DNA of 64,000 nt, taken from NCBI GenBank assembly GCA_001661245.1, contig KV454011.1, forward strand, positions 734,348-798,347, written 5' to 3'. Both the position numbers and the translations under genes were made by a program. The notes below the pieces were generated by a model. It saw only the letters and a program-made list of their open reading frames with translations, was not told where the DNA came from and did no database searches. This stretch comes from Pachysolen tannophilus NRRL Y-2460 (Eukaryota). Of this stretch, positions 57,521 through 64,000 are shown piece after piece (positions within the stretch are counted from its first letter, which is position 1; each line of letters starts with the position of its first letter).

Positions 57521-58140
57521 ATGACTTCATTTATAAGGAACTTGAATGGAATTCGAGTTCGAGTTCCAGCTCGGGATATTAAGAGATTTTATAGCATTCA
57601 ATCCTTAAAATATAAATATCAACCACAAGTTGTAAGTGTTAAGATGAAATGACTAATGGCAATTGACTAAACTAACTAAGCAATCTTTAATAGTACATTC
57701 ACGTTGTTGATAAATCTACAGCAAATGTTTCTTTTTCTGCAAAACCACATTCAGTACCAATTGGTCGGATTGATGGTATTGACGGTAGTAATTTAACAAA
57801 TGTGAAGATAGAATCGGACTTGTTCAAAGAAAATAAGAAATTCTTGGAGATTTTACATCGATTAATTGGCAATAGAGTTCAAGAGGATTTCGCTTATAAA
57901 GTTGAAGCAGGAACTCATGCCAATAGTTTTTTACCTATTTACGATTTCAGACTGCCACCAGCTTATGGTCGAACACCTGAAGTGTATAATGTATTTGGAT
58001 ACGTACATGTCAATGAGAGTGGGGAGATGGTTCCTGGAAGTTACGAAATTAATCAAATGTATAGGTTGTGCAACCAAACTGATGGTATTGTACATTTGAG
58101 TGACTTCTTATACGAAGAAATTCAATCTATGATAGCATAG
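57521..58140 (+). CDS. Conserved fungal hypothetical protein, probably mitochondrial; exons 57521-57631, 57694-58140
   Basis: Arg-rich presequence-like exon 1; GTAAGT..ACTAAC..TAG intron in frame; F.EN..FL..LH, D.R.PP.YGR.P...FG, GSY....MYRL motifs. Confidence 0.7.
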
Positions 58141-58272
58141 TTTGGTTATGTAAATTATTAATTCTTATTTATTTAATACACAGTGGTAACTTACTGTTAT
58201 TTTCCTACTAAGCAAAACTTGAAAAAAAAAAAAAAAAAAAAAAAAAAACAGAAACAGCTATAAAAACCAGAC

Positions 58273-60114
58273 TCATAATTCCAAATAATCCTTATCAACA
58301 TTAATTAACATAGCTTCCTCATCACCCTTGTCGACCAACTTATCTAATACTAAATTAGTTTGATTAATCAAATTTTCTAAAACAGAATTTTCTGACTTGC
58401 CCAATTGTTTTAAAATGCATTTATTCAATTCATCTAAAATTTTCAATTTTTCAATTGGATTTAATAAATATCCAAATTTTGAGTCCAATGGATTTTCAAA
58501 AGCCAATAAAGATGAAATGTCGTTTAAATAAGAAATGTTCTTTGGATTATATTTGTAAGTTTCTTGTAATTCTTTCCCAAATTTAATCGCCTCCATAATT
58601 AATGAGGAGTTATCCTTCTCAGAAAGTGTAGCCCTGCTAATCATATTTATCAATTTCAAACTTCTTAATTTAAATGATATTTCTGAGTTTTCGACTAACA
58701 ATTTAGGATATTTTAAATTCAAAAATTCAATAAGATCATCAATGCGGTCATCAAGAATATATTTTCTAACAGTTTGTCTATTTGTAGAATCAGATTCTTC
58801 TTCTATCTTATCTAAATCCATATCTTCTTTAACTTCCTTTGTGGAATCATGATCAAACATAAACATTCTACTTTCAGTATCAAGATCTTTTTTAAAAGTC
58901 TTTGCAGTATCAGCGTAACCTAAATGATTAAAATATGAAATAATAAAACTGTTCAAAACATCAGGTATATCATCATCTCTTAACTTATTCTTATTTTTGG
59001 AATGTATATTAGTAATCTTCTTTCTAGATTCATTCTGTAACTTTGAACAAGTTGAATTATCAATGTTTTTAAAAATATTTATCTTAAAAGCCTTAACGTA
59101 ATTATCAATATCAAACATGAAATTCTCACCTTCTGTAAAACCAAAATTTGTCTTTACTGAAATAAAATCACCCATTCCAATACATGGATAAAGCGGTTTA
59201 GGCTTAATGTCTGTAAATGCATCTCCAATGAATATCCCATTCCTCGTATAAAAAATAGTATTTGTGTATCTATTAATTCCGCACCCAATTACATCATTAC
59301 AACCAAATTTTGATCCAAAAGGTTCACTAATACCTTCTGATTTACAATATTTCTGAGCATCTTTTCCACTATATCCAAAACTACGACTATCTTCACCAGG
59401 AAAATGTATCAAGGATTTATCAAAATATTCATATAAAAAACCTAAAGTGACATCTGACACTGGTAAACCTTCCAAAATTTTAATCTCATAATAATATATG
59501 GCACAAGTAGTTGGTACTTCTCTATTGGACCAAGTTGTTGCAGGTTTATTGCTGCTCAGCGAAGAAGTTGACCTAGCAGAAAGATCATCTTTTGGAGTTA
59601 TTAATAAATTATCTTTTGAATATTTAAAATTTGAAGAGCCCGAGATATTCCATAAAGTTGGTAATTTTATTGTAAAACTCCTATCAGAATCATTTTGATT
59701 ATTTAAAATTTCAAAAATTGCTTTATCCCTAGGTCTATCAAGAATATTATTCAATCCATCTTCTCCACTGTTACTATTATTGGTAGCACTGCTATTTGAT
59801 CCAAATGAAGTACTCGTACTCAGAATGGCTCTATCTTGGAAAATATTGATGACATCATTTGTATATTCATTATCATTCAGAAACATCTTAGGAATCTTAC
59901 CAAGAATCCCCAAAGTAGCCAATTTATCAGCATAACTCTGTTTATAGTTCAAAGAGGATTTTAAAACAGATGATGATGTTAACAATTCCTTCTGTAATTT
60001 TGCCCCATACGAAGTCTCCAATAAATATGATGGTATTTTTAAATAACCAGTAGAATCAGTCTCCGATGGATCGGTGGAAGTATCGGCGGTTGACTCAAAT
60101 ATTGATGAGCTCAT
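58273..60114 (-). CDS. SPRY-LisH-CTLH-CRA protein (RanBP9/10; GID/CTLH complex Gid1/Vid30-like)
   Basis: LPTLWN, IYYYEIKI, FG..DVIGCG, IFYTRNG (SPRY); ISYFNHLGYADTAKTF (LisH); RQ.VRKYIL (CTLH); SLLAFENP (CRA). First ATG at 60114. Confidence 0.8.
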   Translation of the reverse strand: MSSSIFESTADTSTDPSETDSTGYLKIPSYLLETSYGAKLQKELLTSSSVLKSSLNYKQSYADKLATLGILGKIPKMFLNDNEYTNDVINIFQDRAILSTSTSFGSNSSATNNSNSGEDGLNNILDRPRDKAIFEILNNQNDSDRSFTIKLPTLWNISGSSNFKYSKDNLLITPKDDLSARSTSSLSSNKPATTWSNREVPTTCAIYYYEIKILEGLPVSDVTLGFLYEYFDKSLIHFPGEDSRSFGYSGKDAQKYCKSEGISEPFGSKFGCNDVIGCGINRYTNTIFYTRNGIFIGDAFTDIKPKPLYPCIGMGDFISVKTNFGFTEGENFMFDIDNYVKAFKINIFKNIDNSTCSKLQNESRKKITNIHSKNKNKLRDDDIPDVLNSFIISYFNHLGYADTAKTFKKDLDTESRMFMFDHDSTKEVKEDMDLDKIEEESDSTNRQTVRKYILDDRIDDLIEFLNLKYPKLLVENSEISFKLRSLKLINMISRATLSEKDNSSLIMEAIKFGKELQETYKYNPKNISYLNDISSLLAFENPLDSKFGYLLNPIEKLKILDELNKCILKQLGKSENSVLENLINQTNLVLDKLVDKGDEEAMLINVDKDYLEL

Positions 60115-60713
60115 TTTATGTCTCACAATTTCAGCAACGTCAATCCAATTCTATCCTCTGCCTATATTCACTTCAGCAGAAACAACGAAAATACAAACAC
60201 ACTCTCACACAATCACCACATTAATATCTATAATATATATCAAACTAAATCAGTTAATTAAAAAGGAAGTCCATACAGCATAAAAGCAGTATCAGATTTT
60301 AAAAAAATTATCAAATTATTTCCTAATTCGAAAAGTATTTATTTAGATTTCTAAATTGGGGAATATCTACAATTATTTCCTATTTTGGCTATTTCCTGAT
60401 GTTTTTTAATTATATAATCCGTTGAAGATTTTTTATTATTGAAAAAAGTATTAGTATAACCGTTATCGTTAAGAGCAAAGATGGAAAAGAAAAAATATTT
60501 GTAAAAAAACTAACCAAATAACCCAATAAGTAAATAAAGAGCAATAAAATAAAACCGTTATGCTATTTTTCGAAAAAATCACAAAATAAAACATATCAAT
60601 AAGACACAAGAATAAAAAAAATAAAAAAAATTGAAAACATTAAAATGAGAAAAAAAAAAAAATGCAGTTGAGGCATACATCTATAATTACTGTATTAAGA
60701 AACAGCACAGAAT

Positions 60714-62063
60714 CTAATATCTGTAGTGGTCAGCCTTGTATGGACCTTCGATTGGAATACCCAAGTATTCAGCTTGAACTGTGGTCAATTTGTTTAATTT
60801 GACACCAATATGGGACAAGTGTAATCTTGCAACAGTTTCATCCAAAATTTTTGGTAAAATATGGACACCAACGGTGAATGGACCAGTTTTTTCAAATTCA
60901 ACATATTTTTCTCTAAAAGCCTTGTTTCCAGCATTGAATAAAGCAATTTGAGCCAAGACTTGGTTTGAGAAAGAACATGACATGACAAATGAAGCATGAC
61001 CTGTAGCACAACCCAAGTTGACCAATCTACCTTCAGCTAATAAGATAATATGACGACCATTTTTCAATAAATAACGATCAACTTGTGGTTTGATGTTAAC
61101 AACACTTTCTGCGTTGGTCTTTAACCAAGCAACATCAATTTCAATATCAAAATGACCAATGTTACAAACGATGGCATCTTCTGGCATTTTCTGGAAATGT
61201 TCCCCAGTGATGATATCACGACAACCAGTGGTTGTGACAAAGACTTGACCAATTGAAGCAACTTCGTCTAATGGGGCAACTTGGTAACCTTCAACACCAG
61301 CTTGTAAAGCATTGATTGGATCAACTTCAGAGATAATAACTCTTGCTCCCATACCTCTAAGTGCCATGGCACAACCTTTACCGACATCACCGTAACCAGC
61401 AACAACAGCAACTTTACCTGCCAACATAACATCGGTGGCACGTTTAATACCATCGATCAAGGATTCACGACAACCGTACAAGTTGTCAAATTTGGATTTG
61501 GTGACAGAGTCATTGACGTTAATAGCTGGAACTTTCAATTTACCATCTTTAACCATCTTGTATAAATGATGGACACCAGTTGTAGTTTCTTCAGATAAAC
61601 CGAAACAATCTTCCAACATTTCTGGATATTTTTCATGAACTAATGAGGTCAAATCACCACCATCATCCAAGATTAAGTTTAATTTCTTACCATCTTTGAA
61701 AGAAAATAATTGTTGTTCAATACACCACAAGTATTCTTCTTCAGTCTCACCTTTCCAAGCAAAAACTGGAACACCAGCTGCTGCAATGGCAGCAGCTGCA
61801 TGGTCTTGAGTGGAAAAAATGTTACAAGAAGACCATGTAACTTCAGCACCTAAGGCAACTAAAGTCTCAATCAAAACAGCAGTTTGAATGGTCATGTGTA
61901 AACACCCAGCAATTCTTGCACCCTTCAATGGTTGTGATGGACCATACTTCTTTCTAATTTCCATCAAACCTGGCATTTCATTTTCGGATAATTCAATTTC
62001 CTTTCTACCAAATGCAGCTAAGGAAATATCGGCAACTTTGTAAGATTGAGCTGGAGCGGACAT
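60714..62063 (-). CDS. SAH1: S-adenosyl-L-homocysteine hydrolase
   Basis: [50 protein letters not shown] terminus. Confidence 0.99.
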   Translation of the reverse strand: MSAPAQSYKVADISLAAFGRKEIELSENEMPGLMEIRKKYGPSQPLKGARIAGCLHMTIQTAVLIETLVALGAEVTWSSCNIFSTQDHAAAAIAAAGVPVFAWKGETEEEYLWCIEQQLFSFKDGKKLNLILDDGGDLTSLVHEKYPEMLEDCFGLSEETTTGVHHLYKMVKDGKLKVPAINVNDSVTKSKFDNLYGCRESLIDGIKRATDVMLAGKVAVVAGYGDVGKGCAMALRGMGARVIISEVDPINALQAGVEGYQVAPLDEVASIGQVFVTTTGCRDIITGEHFQKMPEDAIVCNIGHFDIEIDVAWLKTNAESVVNIKPQVDRYLLKNGRHIILLAEGRLVNLGCATGHASFVMSCSFSNQVLAQIALFNAGNKAFREKYVEFEKTGPFTVGVHILPKILDETVARLHLSHIGVKLNKLTTVQAEYLGIPIEGPYKADHYRY

Positions 62064-62375
62064 CGTTTGAAAAATATATATAATTTTCTTGATTCTAAAA
62101 GAATTGAAAGAAATAAATATTAAACAAAAAATATAAACTTGGCTTACGCCGTGTTTTTATTCAGATTTTTTTTTTTTTCACCTATTTTTTTTCACCTCTT
62201 TCTGACGAAAATTTTTCTCTTTTTTTTTTTTTTTTTTTTTTGTTTAAACGACAGACATGTGGTTTAGAGTTCCGACCTATAACCGATCCCTCGTTGTAGC
62301 TATAGTTTTAAGAGTAAACCTCAAATTAAAGTGAATCCCGTATTTTACAAATCCGAATTTTTTCGAGGTGGATGG

Positions 62376-62383
62376 CACGTGAT
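62376..62383 (-). promoter_or_regulatory. Cbf1-type E-box (RTCACGTG) upstream of SAH1
   Basis: ATCACGTG on the - strand about 315 bp upstream of a sulfur/methyl-cycle gene. Confidence 0.5.
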
Positions 62384-62770
62384 TGTGTTTTTTTTCTCTT
62401 GAAAGATTTTTTATTTCCCAACTTTAATTTTAATTATGTTTACCCGGAATTAGCATTATGTTTCAAACGTGTTGTTTAACTTTATTATTACATACAAATT
62501 GATGAAATATATACGCTAAAAAGATAATAGTGAAAGGAAAAGAGACGGACAAGCAAAAAACATGAATAAAAAAAAATTCGAAATGAATTAATTGACCAAA
62601 AAAAAAAACCAAAACTTGAACGTAAACAAATTTAAAAAGTTACGAAAAAAAAAAGACAATCTGTTAAAAAAAAAAAAAATAATAATAATAATAATTGTCA
62701 CAAACAAAATTCAAATTAAAATTAAAATAAAAATAAAAGATAAAAGTTAAAGTTAGAAGCTATTTGTAGC

Positions 62771-64000
62771 TCATGCTTCTTCTTCCAGCGGGGTTTCTGT
62801 CTCTTCTTGTACTGGCACTTCATCGTTTTGATTCTGTTCGGCCGAATCTTCTTGTTTTTCTTCTGGTTCTAATTCTGATTCTGATTCTGATTCTTCTTCT
62901 TCTTTGTTTATTTGAATAGGAATTTGGTCACTGTCATGGTGTAGGTCTCCTACAAGTTCAACATCTGGTAACTCTGTTGGTTCACTTTCTCCAAGGAATC
63001 CTCCTTCCTCATCAACTGTGATGGTTTTAAGAATGGTTCTATGTTCAGTAACTTCTTCTTCCTCGTCATATCTATCTTCTTCATGGTCAATATCTTCGCG
63101 TTGTTCTTCTTGTTGGTGCTCTAAATTCACTTCATTGTTATTGAATTGTTCTTGTTCTTGTTCTTTTTCACCTTCAACTTCTTTCAAATGTCCTTCTTCT
63201 TGTTGTTTCTGTTCTTGTATTTTAGCTTCTCTTTCCTCTTTTTCTCTATATTGAAATTGCACGTTTGCCTTAGCTCTTAAAAGAGCTAAATATTGACCAG
63301 ACTCATTCAGTAAAAAGTATAGATTTTGAGTTATTCCATGAACAGCTTTTTTTAGTTCTTTTAATTCAGGGTCAAATGAGATGATCTTATCCTTGGTATC
63401 ATATATTTTATCTTTAATTTTATCAATCTTCTTCCAATTAGACCAATTTTCAAAATCTTCCGATTCTGTATCTAAATCTTGTTCTTCTATTTTTCCATTT
63501 GCATTTTTCACAGCCATTAAAGTCCTTGAAAATTCTTGAATCGAAAAATCACCAAATTCCTCTAAAATTTCTAAAGTTTTGGATTTTTTCTTTGAAATTT
63601 CTTGTAAAATTTTATTTGATTCTTCTTCTAAAAAAGTTTTAAGTTCATCTGAACCTTTAGCAAATTTTTCATTAGCTTCTGCAAGAATTTCCCTAAAATC
63701 TTTTCTTGAAATATGAACTTTTTCTTCAGGACTCCTCTTTTTTTGTGCAATCTCTTCATCCATTCTGGTTTCATTGATTTTAAGTACTATGCCACCAATT
63801 CTCTTGTAATCTTCATTAATGAACTTACTCAATTCTTGTAATTTTTTAGTTACTAAAGGTTGAAACTTCTCAATACCAGATTTTTCAATATCTCCTACAT
63901 CAGTGAAAAATTCATCAAGTGCAGCTTCACAAGTCTTAGAAACCAATAAATTCCAAGAATTTATCGATTTTGTAATGTCCACTTTTGTTGGAGTTGCATG
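62771..64000 (-). CDS. SHE10: She10/Osw7-family outer spore wall protein, 5'-partial
   Basis: Frame stays open to the window edge; LEILEEF.D..IQE.S, W.NWKK...IK, E.G.YL..LRAKAN..FQ.RE motifs; acidic tail. Confidence 0.65.
   Translation of the reverse strand, partial: HATPTKVDITKSINSWNLLVSKTCEAALDEFFTDVGDIEKSGIEKFQPLVTKKLQELSKFINEDYKRIGGIVLKINETRMDEEIAQKKRSPEEKVHISRKDFREILAEANEKFAKGSDELKTFLEEESNKILQEISKKKSKTLEILEEFGDFSIQEFSRTLMAVKNANGKIEEQDLDTESEDFENWSNWKKIDKIKDKIYDTKDKIISFDPELKELKKAVHGITQNLYFLLNESGQYLALLRAKANVQFQYREKEEREAKIQEQKQQEEGHLKEVEGEKEQEQEQFNNNEVNLEHQQEEQREDIDHEEDRYDEEEEVTEHRTILKTITVDEEGGFLGESEPTELPDVELVGDLHHDSDQIPIQINKEEEESESESELEPEEKQEDSAEQNQNDEVPVQEETETPLEEEA

Noticed and set aside
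1..64000. tRNA (including a tRNA-CAG), rRNA, LTR/transposon or CRISPR elements
   Set aside because: I saw no cloverleaf with A/B boxes, no TG..CA LTR pair, no transposase or RT ORF, and no spaced repeat array. tRNAscan-SE and Infernal would be needed to exclude small RNAs, and the N-gaps cannot be read.

Overview
AT-rich, gene-dense eukaryotic DNA from a budding yeast (Saccharomycotina) draft assembly with two N-gaps. It holds about 35 protein-coding genes, mostly recognisable housekeeping orthologues (CAR1, MCA1, CQD1, ARL1, TYR1, ERG8, BFR1, BGL2, EMC4, SEC15, IRC6, LIP5, POP7, DAL3, PRE5, VPS55, GLC8, ERV29, TIM10, CYT2, MGS1, TGL3, ELP6, ZUO1, an acid phosphatase, VID30-like, SAH1, SHE10-like). 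I could resolve 15 spliceosomal introns that the ORF track misses. The most important signal is the genetic code. CTG codons sit at conserved alanine positions, most clearly in the arginase motif DAH[A]DINT, so CUG is very probably read as Ala. This fits the CUG-Ala clade (Pachysolen tannophilus or a relative) and means the supplied standard-code translations are wrong at CTG. Other points: a UBE2S-like E2 whose conserved GLKRL tail lies in the -1 frame behind an A-run, two diverged DUF3445 haem N-demethylase-like paralogues flanking arginase, a metallothionein and the metacaspase, a two-domain metallothionein with a motif-rich promoter, a TGL3 lacking the catalytic Ser, a 5'-UTR intron in BFR1, and several non-canonical splice signals. 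I recognised no tRNA, rRNA, transposon or CRISPR array. Gene names come from remembered family motifs, not database searches.
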